Source of the DNA: an uncultured Acidiferrobacterales bacterium
GTDB taxonomy: Bacteria > Pseudomonadota > Gammaproteobacteria > Acidiferrobacterales > UBA6901
DNA: 64,000 bases
Assembly: GCA_964368085.1 (NCBI GenBank)
Contig: CAYJBG010000001.1
Location: 23,135 to 87,134, forward strand
Direction: 5' to 3'
In this document: positions 9,219 through 21,200 of the stretch, piece by piece
Position numbering within the stretch: the first letter of the stretch is position 1
How the letters are laid out: each line of letters opens with the position of its first letter
Translations under genes and position numbers: made by a program
The notes under the pieces: model-generated
What the model saw: the letters and a program-made list of their open reading frames with translations, nothing else
What the model was told of the DNA's origin: nothing
Database searches by the model: none

Positions 9219-12200
9219 ATGAACATTAAGGATAACGATATTGCTGTTATTGGGATGTCGGGAAAATTTCCTGGGGCGAATAGTGTCTCTGAATTTTGGG
9301 AGAATATCTGCGCTAAAAGGGAAAGCATCCGCTTGCTCTCCGACGAAGAACTGAGAAACGCCGAGGTCCCCGAGAAGGACATCGCCGACAGTTCCTATGT
9401 GAAAGCATCCGCGCTGCTGGACGACGTCGCTATGTTCGACCCCGGCTTTTTCAAGATATCGCCGCTGGAAGCGGAGCTGATGGACCCGCAGATCCGGCTG
9501 CTTCTGCAATGCGCCTGGGAAACCCTGGAAGACGCCGGTCATGCGAAGAAAGAAGCGCAAAACATCGGCGTTTTTGCGGGTGCGGGCGGGGTGGCGACCA
9601 GCTATTTTTCAAACTTCGTCAATGTGAACGGCCACTTCGAGAAAATTACTGCCAGTCCCACGCATCTAGGAAATGACAAGGATTTCCTGGCGACATACAT
9701 TTCGTACAAATTGAATCTAACCGGGCCGAGCATGACGGTCCAAACGGCATGCTCCACTTCTTTGGTTGCCCTGCATCAAGCACGCTTGAGCCTGCTGAGC
9801 GGCGAATGCGATATGGCACTTGCGGGAGGCGTCACCGTTCGCGTTCCTCACGGTCACGGCTACCACTACAAAGAAGGCTATATATTTTCGAAATCGGGGC
9901 GCGTCAAGACCTTCGATGAAGGCGCCGACGGCGTCGTTTTCGGTAGCGGTCTGGGACTCGTTCTGATCAAGAAGCTGTCCGATGCGATTCAAGACGGCGA
10001 CAACGTCTACGCTGTCATCAAAGGCTCGGCGATTGCGAACGATGGCAAGGGGAAGATGAGCTATGCTGCCAGCAGCGCCAAGGGGCAGATCGCATGCGTG
10101 CGTGCGGCACTTAAGAATGCCGGGGTCGAGGCGGGATCAATCGGGCTCGTCGAAGCCCACGGAACCGGCACGTCCATGGGCGATCCGGAAGAGGTCAAGG
10201 CCCTGTCGACTGCTTTCAAAGAACAGACGAGTAAGAAGACGTACTGCGCGCTGGGCGCGGTGAAAACTAACGTTGGCCATTTGGAGGCTGCTGCCGGTAT
10301 CGTTGGTTTCATCAAGGCCGTCCTGGCCGTCAAGCACGGCCTTATTCCGCCGACGGTGCACTACGCGAAGTCGAACCCCAGGATCAAGTTCGAAAATACG
10401 CCGTTTTACGTCAACGGTAAGCTGCAGAAATGGAGTGAGGGTAAGCGGCCACGGAGGGCAGCCGTCAATAGCCTGGGCGTCGGGGGCACCAATGCCTTCG
10501 TGATACTGGAAGAGTACGTTTCCGCGGAGACATCGCTGAAAAAGGCTTTGCCTACTCCTGTCGTCGTTCCGCTGTCGGCAAAATCCGAATCGAGCCTGCG
10601 CGCCTACGCGAAGAGACTCGCCGACTTCCTCGTTGCCTGTAGCGAAAAGAAGGATGCGATCAATATCGAGGATGTCGCCTACACATTGCAGGTCGGTCGC
10701 GAAACCATGGATTGCCGGGTGGCCTTCGTGCTGTCTTCTGTCGACGAGCTGAAGGCCGCATTGGACCGTTACCTGCAGGGCGCCGAGGTCTGCTCCGCGC
10801 AAGGCGAGGCATCGGGTCTCGCCACATCGTGGGTCAATAACGGCGACGTGGATTGGACGAATCTTTACGCGGATACCAAGCCGCGGCGAATCAGTCTTCC
10901 TACTTACGTCTTCGCGAGAGAGCGGTACTGGATCGAGACTGGGGGCGTTGTCCCTTCTCGCGCGGTCATCCATCCGCTCCTGCACACCAATATCTCCGAC
11001 CTGAACGAGCAAAAGTACAGTTCGTCTTTCACGGGTAACGAGTTCTTCCTCAAAGACCATCAAGTGCACACGAAGCAGCGCGCTGGCAGTGGTTCGCAGT
11101 TGCAGAAAATCCTGCCCGGGGCCGCCTATCTGGAGATGGCGCGCGTGGCGATCGAACAGGCAGCGCCGATCCATTACGACGCCAGAGTTCCAGAGTTCCG
11201 TGACATCGTGTGGTTACAGCCCATCGCAGTGTCCGGGGGAAAGCAGGTCAATATCGCACTGGTGGCCAGAGATCGGGACGGTCAGCAGCGCATCGATTTC
11301 GAAGTCTATACGCGGAATGACCATATCCATTTTCAGGGCCGGTGCGTGTTCGCCAGCGAATCGGCGCGTGATCGGCTCGATCCTGCGCGGCTAAAGGACT
11401 CTATGGCGCGGGACCAGTGGTCGGCCGACAGCGTTTACGCGGCTTTTGCCAAAATGGGTCTCGACTACGGGCCTGCGCATCGGGCGATCATTGCGATCGA
11501 TCGTGGCGAACGCGAGCTGCTCGCGCAGTTGAAACTACCGCTTACGGTGGAGGCAAGCCAGCCGGATTACGTGCTCCATCCCAGTTTGATCGACGGCGCC
11601 TTGCAGGCCGCCACCGCGCTGCTCTTCGATCTGAACAACGTCCCCAGTCATCCCATCGTCCCGTTCGCCATCGAGAGCCTGCGCGTAATCGCGCCGTGCG
11701 CCAAGGAGATGCTCGCGTGGGTCCGCTATTCACAGGGCGCTCAGCCGAGCGATAAGTCCGCGAAGCTGGATGTCGATTTGCTCGACAAGGAAGGGAACGT
11801 GGGCGTGCAAATCCGCGGATTCGTGCCTCGGTCGCTCGGTCAGGAGACCCTCGGTAGCCTGCTTGCGACGCAAGTATGGCAGCCCAGCAACCCTGCCGCG
11901 ACTCAAGCGACTTATACGGAGCGGCACGTCGTCCTATGCGACCTGCCGCATGTCGACGCGAGTAAAATCGCCCGTGATTGTTCGCTACTGCAGATTGAAA
12001 AAGGAAAAAACATTGCGGAGCGGTACAGTGATTTGGCGCTCGCATGTTTCGAAAAAGTGCAAGCGTTGGTCAAACGCAAACCTCAAAGCGAGACGTTCGT
12101 GCAGGTGGTGATACCGAACACGGACGAAAACGCGGCGTATGCCGGCTTGTCGGGCCTGTTCAAGACGGTGAGACTGGAGAACCCGCAGATCGCAGGCCAG

Positions 12201-15200
12201 CTTGTTTTCGTTGACGTCGGTGTCGGCACTGACGAACTCATGAATCTGCTGCACGCCGAGTGCAGTCATCCCCACGACACGTTGATCAAGTATGAACAGG
12301 GCGTCAGACACATCTCGAGCTGGCAATTCCTGAAGGAGGACGATGCCGACACGTTTGATGGGAATAACCCCTACAAAGACCAAGGCGTCTATCTGATCAC
12401 CGGCGGGCTCGGCGGTCTGGGCGTTGTATTCGCAAAAGAAATCCTAGCCCGAACCTCGAACGCGAAAATCGTCCTGAGCGGGCGGGCGCCGCCGTCCGAA
12501 GTCAGAAAGTCCGCAAGCAAGAAGGCGGTTCTCGAATCGCTGCAAGCCGGTGGAGCGACGGTGGAGTATCGGCAGCTCGATCTGGACGATCCGAATAAGG
12601 TCAAAAACCTGATCGCGGCGATCCAGAAGAAGTACAAGCAGCTGAACGGCATCATCCACAGCGCGGGAATGACGTCGGACGGCTTTATCTTAAAAAAGAC
12701 CGCCGCCGACGTCGGTCGCGTTCTTGCCCCGAAAGTCCTAGGCACCTTCCATCTGGATCAGGCGACGCAGGACGTCGACCTCGACTTCCTGGTCTTGTTT
12801 TCGTCGCTGACTTCTGCCGTGGGTAACCTGGGGCAGGCGGATTACGCCGCAGCCAATGGGTTCATGGACGAGTTCGCGGCTTATCGCAACCGCTTGGCGA
12901 ATGCCGGAAAACGCCGGGGTTTCACGCTCTCCATCCGCTGGCCGCTGTGGCAGGACGGCGGTATGCAGCCAGATGCCGCCGGCAGGGAGATGCTGCAGGA
13001 GACAACCGGCATCTGTCCTATGCAGACGTCGGTTGGGATTCGAATGTTCTATCGGAGTTTGGCATCCCGGTACGACCAGACCCTGGTAATGGAAGGCGAT
13101 CTGCATCTGATGCAGCGGACCTTGGGCGTTGGGGCAGCGATCCATGCGGCTACGCCGGCAGTCGACGTCCCGAAGCTCGAATTCTCGTCCGAAACCGAAG
13201 GCGAAGATAGGGGTGGGCGTAGCCTCACGGAGCTGACCGAGGCCTACCTATGCAAGCAATTGTCGGCGTCACTGAAGTTGCCGGCACACAAAGTCGATCC
13301 GCGGGCTCCCCTTGAAGACTATGGGATTGACTCGATACTGGCTTTGGGTTTGACGAGCTCGCTGGAGAAGACCTTCGGGTCTCTTCCGAAGACTCTGTTC
13401 TTCGAGTATTTGACGGTCCGCGAGCTGGCCGGTTACTTCGTCAAAGCGCATGTCGCGCGGTTGTCGAAACTCTTTTCGGTTTCGGAGAGCGGCAGCGGCC
13501 AAGAATCGATGCAAGTATCGGCGCAAGCGCTGGCCCCGGCCCAGCAGGAATCCATTTCCAGCGTTCGCTTCGGCAGCCGGCGCTTCATTGACGAGGGCGG
13601 TCAACCGGTATCCCGTGAGGTAGCACCTTCCACGAACGATCCGATTGCGATCATCGGATTGAGCGGCCGTTATCCCGAAGCGCGTAATCTGAAAGATTTC
13701 TGGCGCAATCTGCGCGAAGGCAAAGATTGCATCGTCGAAGTGCCGAAAGGCCGTTGGGATTGGCGGGATTATTACAGTGAAGATCGCTCCGAAAAGGGCC
13801 GCCACTACAGCAAATGGGGCGGCTTCATCGAGGGCGTCGACGAGTTCGACGCGAGGTTCTTCAATATTTCCCCGGTCGAGGCCGAAACGATCGATCCGCA
13901 GGAACGCTTGTTCCTGCAGCATGCTTGGATGGCGATCGAGGATGCGGGCTATACCCGCGCCGCTTTGCAGATTCCGAAGGAGAGTGACCTTGCCGGGCAG
14001 GTGGGCGTGTATGCGGGTGTGATGTACGGCGAATATCAGCTCTTCGGCGCCGAAGTCAGCTTGCAGGGCAATCGCGTGGGCTTCGCCAGCAATCTCGCCA
14101 GCATCGCCAATCGCGTTTCCTATGTTATGAATCTGCACGGTCCCAGCATGGTTGTGGACACCATGTGCTCGTCGTCGCTGACGGCGATCCACTTGGCGTG
14201 TCAGGACCTCAAGCTCGGCCGCACGTCGCTAGGTATCGCAGGCGGCGTCAATGTCACAATCCATCCCAACAAGTACCTGATGCTCAGCGCCGGACAGTTC
14301 ATTTCCAGCGACGGTCACTGTCAGAGCTTCGGCGAGGGTGGCGAAGGCTATATCCCGGGCGAGGGCGTTGGCGTCGTCGTGCTGAAACGGCGATCCGAAG
14401 CGGAGCGCGACGGCAACCACATCTACGGCATCATCCGGGGCAGCGCGCTTAGCCACGGCGGCAAGACCAACGGCTACACGGTGCCAAATCCGCAGGCGCA
14501 GGCCCGCGCTATCCGTCTGGCGCTGGCGGAAGCCGGCATTGATCCCCGCCATATCAGCTATGTCGAAGCGCATGGCACGGGCACCAAACTGGGCGATCCG
14601 ATCGAGATCGCCGCGCTGAGCAAGGTTTTTCAAGAAAGCACGCAGGACACCGGATTCTGCCTGATCGGATCGGCGAAATCGAATATCGGCCACTGCGAGG
14701 CCGCGGCGGGCATTGCGGGACTCACCAAGGTGCTGTTGCAGTTGAAGCACAAGCACATCGTGCCTTCGCTGCATTCGGCCCGACTGAATCCACACATTGA
14801 TTTCGACAGCACCCCGTTCATCGTCAATCAGGCGCTCAGGCCATGGGAGCAGCCGGTCGTTGACGGAAAGAGGTTGCCGCGTATCGCTGGCATCTCGTCC
14901 TTCGGGGCGGGCGGTGCGAACGCGCACCTGATCGTCGAGGAATATCCGCAGCCCGTGGTGGCCGTGTGTCCGCAGGCCGATGTCGAGTACATCTTCCCGC
15001 TCTCGGCGAGAACTGCGGAGCAGCTGCGTGAGAAAGCGCGCGATCTGCTCGACTTTATCCGCGGCGAAGAGCCGCCGCTGCCTCTGGCGTCGATCGCCTA
15101 CACGCTCGAGGTCGGCCGCGAGGCGATGGACGAACGCTTGGCCGTCCTCGCGGATTCCGTCGCGACGCTCGCCGACCGACTTCAGGCCTATCTCGATGGC

Positions 15201-18200
15201 CACACCACCACCGACGACGTGTATCAAGGGCAGGTCAAGGCCAACAAAGACACGCTGTCGCTGCTCACAAAGGATCCCGATCTGCACGCGACGATCGGGA
15301 AGTGGATCGCTGACAGGAAGCTGTCGAAGTTGGCGGATCTCTGGGTCAAGGGCCTGGAGCTGGATTGGCGCAAGTTCCATGTTGCGACGCCCGCGCTGAT
15401 CAGCCTGCCAACGTATCCGTTCGCGAAGCAGCGGTTCTGGATCGACGCGGCGGTCGCCGCGCGCCGCGCGCCGCAGGCGCTGTCCGCGGCGCTTCACCCA
15501 CTGCTGCACAGTAACACCTCGGATTTCAGCCAGCAGAGCTACGCTGCGACGTTCGGCGCAGACGAGTTCTTCCTGACGGGTGCGCCCGGCCGGCGTTGTC
15601 TGACGGAAGCGGCATACCTGGAGATGGCGCGCGCTGCCATCGATGCGTCGATGCCCGCGCGGAAACAGTCGAGCATTCTCGAGCTGCGCGATGTCGCATG
15701 GGCGCAGCCGGGCGTCATAGTCGACAACAGGCCGGTCATGATCGCTCTGTTCGACAAGCTCGGTGAACAAGTGACGTTCGAGATATACAGCGCCGGCGGC
15801 GTGGATGGCGCCGGGGACATCGTGCACTGCCAAGGGCGTGCGGCCCGCAGCGATCAGCCGGCGGGCGCGAGGCTCGACATCGCCGCGATCGCGGTGCAGG
15901 AAGGGCGGGCGCTGATCGAATTGCGCCTGCCGACTGGGATGGAGAATGGCCAGGACGACTACGTCCTGCATCCCGCGCTGATGCAGAGCGCGCTGCAGGC
16001 GGCGGGCCTGACCAGCAGTTTGTCGCAACCCTTCGCCATGGCGTCGCTGCGCGTTGTCTTCCCCAGCACCAAGGCGAAGTTCGCATGGGTACGTCACTCG
16101 GCGTCTGCGGAGCGTGCGATCGACATCGATCTGTGCGACGAGCACGGCCATGTCTGTGTGCAGATGCGCGGCCTGCACTATGGGGTTTCCGCGACCCACG
16201 CTGCGGAAGCGCCTGCCGAACGTGCGTCGATCGAGGAGCCGAAATCGGTCGCGATCACCGATTCCGGTTCCGCTAAGCGCACCGCCCAGCCGACCCGCGT
16301 TCGCTTTGACACCTCGTCGTCGATCATCTCCGACGCGCCGATCCTGGAAAAGCTGAACCACAGTATCGCATTGAAGGCGCCCGGCGCATCGCTGGCGATC
16401 GTCGCCGAGCACGCCAAGGCGAGCCGGATCCGGTTCGCCGCCCCGCAGGCGGCGTTCTCCGACTGCTCGATTCTCGGAAAGCCGAACGGCAGCATCTTGC
16501 TGATGGCGCCCGACGCATCGCCCGAGGTCGAGGCCGAGCGCGGCGCCTCGGCCAAGCCGCGGGTCTTGCTTTCGCCGCCGATTGCCGGGATGGAGACGCC
16601 GGAACAATCGCGCGCCGCTTCCTCCGTCGGCCTGTTCGACTATGGCAACGGCGTGTTCGCGATCCGTATCGGCGCGGCCGTGAGCCGCAATACGCTGTCG
16701 GCCGACCTGATCGAGAATGTGCTGCGCGCGATGCGAACGGTCGAAGACGCCTCGTCGGCGAAGGTACTGACGATCGAAGGCAGCGACGAGCATTTCCTGG
16801 CCGGCGGACTCGAGCAGCATCGCGATGCCGTCGCCTCGAAGCTTTATAGCGCGATCGCGGAATTCCCGTATCCGGTGATCGCCGTGGTCCGCAACGATGC
16901 CGTCGGCGCCGGTTTTCTGGCCGCCGCGGTCAGCGATTTCATGGTGTGCAGTGACTCGGCACGCTATGCGTTTGCGCTTCCGGAAGAGGGGCTGTACCCA
17001 TCGGCCGCCGAGGACATCCTGATCGAGCGTTTCGGCCGTGCACACGCGACCGACTTCCTGTATATGACGACCGGCGCCACCGGCGCCGAACTCAAGGCGA
17101 AGGGCTGGACCTGCCCGATCATGCCGCGCGATCAGGTCGCGGCGTATGCCCAGGACCTGGCCGCGAATTTGGCGAAGAAATCCCAGATCTCGCTGCGGCT
17201 GCTAAAGCAGCACCTGGCGCGCCACATCGCCAGCGCGGTGAAGGCGTTGCCGACCGTCGATGGCGCACCGTTCGCGGCGGACGCGGCCAAGCCCGGCACG
17301 ATCAAAGCGCCTTCCGTGCGCCTCCAGTTGGATGCGCACGGCGAACGCGCGCTGGTCGTAAGGATCCGCGCGCAGGCGGACGGATCTAATGCGAAGGACC
17401 TGCTGGCCGACCTGGAAGCGGTATTCGCCAAGATCGACGACGCTTCGCCGTATCGCTGCGTGGTGCTCGCGAGCGAGCTCGTGCAGTTCCTGCCGGACGT
17501 TGCCGAGGACGCCCGCGCCGATGTCGCGCAGGGCTTCAGGAAGGCGTTGCTCGCGCTGGATCGCCCGATCGTTGCCGCCTTGAACGGTGACGCGACCGGC
17601 ATCGCCTGGTACGTCGTCCAGTTCTGCGACGCCTGCGTTTACAGCGAGCAGGGCCGCTATTCCGGCGCCGATATTCTGCGCGATCCCGCGTTGGCGGGCG
17701 ATGCGGCCGCGGTGTTTTCCCTGCGATTCGACGATGAGGCCGCGAAACAGATCCTGCTGGTGGGCGCCGAGGCTTCGGGCGTCGAATTGCGGGCCGACTA
17801 CGGTGCGCTCCATGTCCTGGGCGCCGATCAGGTGTTTGCGGGCGCGCTGGAACTGGCTGATGCTCTGGCCGCATTCCCGACGCCGGTGTTGTCCGCTTGG
17901 AAACAGCGCACCGCGTCGTTCCTCACCGCTGATACCGCGAGCCTCGGCGACGAGAGCATGCGGGCGGAGGAGGGAGCCGGTGACACCGCCGATGCGGCGG
18001 TCGGCGCGCCCGTTGCGGTCGCGCTCGAATCGACAGTGATCTCGGCGATCGCGCATCCGGAAGGCGTTCTGGAAGTGCATATGGCCGACCGTGACGCGAA
18101 GAACATGTTTTCCGACGCGTTCTCGCGCGGCATGCGCGAGGTGTTCGCGCATGTGGAGGAGAACCGTGCGTACAAGGTCGTGGTCATCACCGGATACGAC

Positions 18201-21200
18201 AACTATTTCTCATCCGGCGGGACACAGGACACGCTACTGGCGATCCACGAAGGCAAGGCCAGGTTCACCGACAACAAGGTCTTCCAATTGCCACTGACTT
18301 GCACGGTGCCGGTGATCGCTGCCATGCAGGGTCATGGCGTCGGCGCCGGTTGGGCCATGGGCATGTACGCGGACTTCGCGCTGTTCAGCGATGAAAGCCG
18401 CTACCTCAGCCCGTATATGGGCTATGGCTTCACGCCGGGCGCAGGCTCGACGCTGATGTTCCCGGAAAAGACCGGTTACGACCTCGCGCGCGAGACGCTG
18501 CTGACCGCGCAGGAGTACTCCGGTGGCGAGCTCAAGGATCGGGGTTTGCGCAATCCGGTGTTGCCGCGAGAGCGCGTGCTGCCTGCCGCGATGGCGCTGG
18601 CGCGACGGATCGCGCAGGGCTCCCGCGGCCGGCTCGTTGTCCTTAAGCGGCGTTGGGCACATGTCCTGCAAGCGTCCTTGCAGGACACGTTCGATCGCGA
18701 ACTGGCGATGCACGAGCGCACCTTCGTCGGGCAGGCCGACACACTGGCGCGGATCCAGGGCGGCTTCGGCGCCGAAGCCGCCGCACAAACTGTCGCGCCG
18801 CAGCAACCGGCCTCGCTGCCGGCCCGCGAGGAAGACCTCTGTGCCATCACCGCCAGCCTCAAGCAGATGCTGGCGCACGAACTGCGCATGCAGGAACACG
18901 AGATCGGCGAGGGCGAACAGTTCGTCGATCTCGGTCTGGATTCGATTACCGGCGTTACCTGGATCCGCAGGATCAACCAGAAGTACGGGACCTCGATCGA
19001 GGCGATCAAGGTCTACAGCTATCCGACGCTGACGCAGCTCAGCCGTTATGTCCGTGAGGAAGCTGAAAAGGCAGGGGCAGTGTTCATCGCGCCGCAGGTC
19101 CACACGCCTGTCGTTCCGATCGAAGTGCCTGCCGCGCGCCCGGTCGTGACCTCGCTGGCGTCCTGGCGCGATCGAAGCAGATCGAAGGCGGTCGCCGGGA
19201 CAGCCTCGGCCGCCGGACCCATCGCCGTGATCGGCATGGCCGGTCAGTTCGCGAAGGCCAGAGACCTCGAAGAGTTCTGGCAAAACATTGCCCAGGGCAA
19301 GGACTGCATCGAAGAGATCCCGAAACACCGTTGGGATATTGACCTCTACTATCAGGAGGGCGAAGTCGTGCCCGGCAAGACCTACAGCAAGTGGATGGGC
19401 TTTCTGGAAGAATATGACCTGTTCGACGCTGCGTTCTTCAATATCTCGCCGCGAGAGGCGAGAAGCATGGACCCGCAGCAACGCTTGTTCCTGCAGGCAT
19501 GCTGGCACAGCATCGAGCACGCGGGATACAACCCCAAGTCGCTTTCCGGCAGTAAATGCGGCGTGTTCGTCGGATGTTCCGCCGGCGACTACCACCAGCT
19601 TTCGAAGCGCGAACAGCTCAGCGGTCAAGGGTTCACCGGCGCGGCGCCGTCCATCCTGGCGGCGCGCATCTCTTATTTCCTGGACCTGCACGGTCCCAGC
19701 CTGTCCATCGACTCGGCGTGCTCTTCCTCGCTGGTCGTGATCGCCAGCGCCTGCGATAGCCTGGTCTCCGGCGCCAGCGACATTGCGCTGGCAGGCGGCG
19801 TCAACGTCATGTGCGGCCCAGCCATGCAGATCATGACCGCGCAAGTAGGCATGTTGTCACCGCAGGGCAGATGCTTCACCTTTGACGAAAGGGCGAACGG
19901 CATTGCCAACGGCGAGGGCGTCGGCGTCGTGATGCTGAAGAGACTGGCCGATGCGGAAAGGGATCGCGACTGGATTTACGGCGTCGTCGAAGGCTGGGGC
20001 GTCAACCAGGACGGCAAGACCAATGGCATCACCGCGCCGAACGCGGATTCGCAGACGCGCTTGCAGCAGGAGGTCTACGACAAGTTCCGGATCGATCCCG
20101 CCGGTATCCAGCTGATCGAGGCTCACGGCACGGGTACCGCGCTGGGCGATCCGATCGAAGTGGCGGGACTCAAGGCGTCCTTTGGAAAATACACCAGGAA
20201 CAAGGACTACTGCGCGCTCGGATCGGTCAAGAGCAATATCGGCCACTGCCTGACCGCCGCGGGCGTGTCAGGATTCCTCAAGATCCTGCTCGCGCTGAAG
20301 CACGAGCAGCTGCCGCCCACGATCCACTTCAGCAAGCTGAACAAGCATATTTCGCTGCAGGATTCGCCGTTCTATGTCAACGACCGGCTGCGCGAGTGGA
20401 AGCACAACGGGACCGAACCGCGTCGGGCCGCGATCAATGCGTTCGGCTTTAGCGGAACCAATGCGCACGCCGTGATCGCCGAGTACCGCTCGCAGCAGGA
20501 CATCGCAGCGCCTCGCGGGCCGGCGATTGTGCCGCTGTCGGCCAGGACGCCCGAGCAGCTCAAGCACAAGGGGCGTGATCTGCTCGCTTTCATTCGCGCA
20601 CAAAGCGCGTCGACGCTCTACCTCGACAGGATCGCCTACACCCTACAGGTCGGCCGCGAGGCGATGAACGAGCGCGCCGCTTTCATTGCGGGCACGGTTG
20701 CCGAGCTGGAGAGCAAGCTCGAGGCCTTCGTCGAAAGTGAAGATACCGATGGCGGCCCGCAGGCGGCGCACGTATATCGCGGCCAGGTGAGCAGCAACAA
20801 GGACACCTTGCTGGCACTCAGCTCGGATACGGATTTCCAGACGATGATCGCAAAATGGATCAGCAGGAAGGAATTGCCGAGACTGGCCGATCTGTGGGCG
20901 AAGGGCCTGGCCCTGGACTGGAACGCATTCCATGCGGCCGGCGACGCGCCGCGACGCATCGGTTTGCCCGTGTATCCGTTCGCCAAGGAGCGTTACTGGA
21001 TCGACGCGGCATCCGATGAACGCATCGTGCTGACCGGTCACGCGAACGCCGCCATCCATCCCTTGCTGCACGCCAACACGTCCGACCTGAGCCGGCAGAA
21101 GTACAGCACTACGCTCAATGGCGATGAGTTCTTCCTGATCGATTGCGATATTCCGGGAGGCGGTACGAAGCGGGTGTTGCCCGCGTCCGCCTGTTTGGAA

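Larger units (their letters stand above)
13636..19060 (+). other. PKS module 2 (beta-branching): KS2-DH*2-[repeat linker]-ECHa-ECHb-ECHc-ACP2(Trp flag)
   Basis: KS2 ~13636-14946 (TMCSSS, Cys 14165). DH*2 ~15490-16185 (FFLTGAPGRRCL replaces DHxV; HPALMQSALQ lacks Asp). ECH triad 16620-18770. ACP2 ~18835-19060 with GLDSITGVTW (Trp at Ser+6). No KR. Confidence 0.8.

Noticed and set aside
14229-17045. 938-aa minus-strand ORF, plus similar long antisense ORFs at 18234-19844, 23550-25253, 28250-29227, 32519-34015, 50480-52045 and 54317-55477
   Set aside because: These are shadow ORFs of the GC-rich PKS coding strand. Their translations are Arg/Gly/Asp/His-rich low-complexity strings with no recognisable motifs. 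The plus-strand frame carries unambiguous PKS domains throughout.
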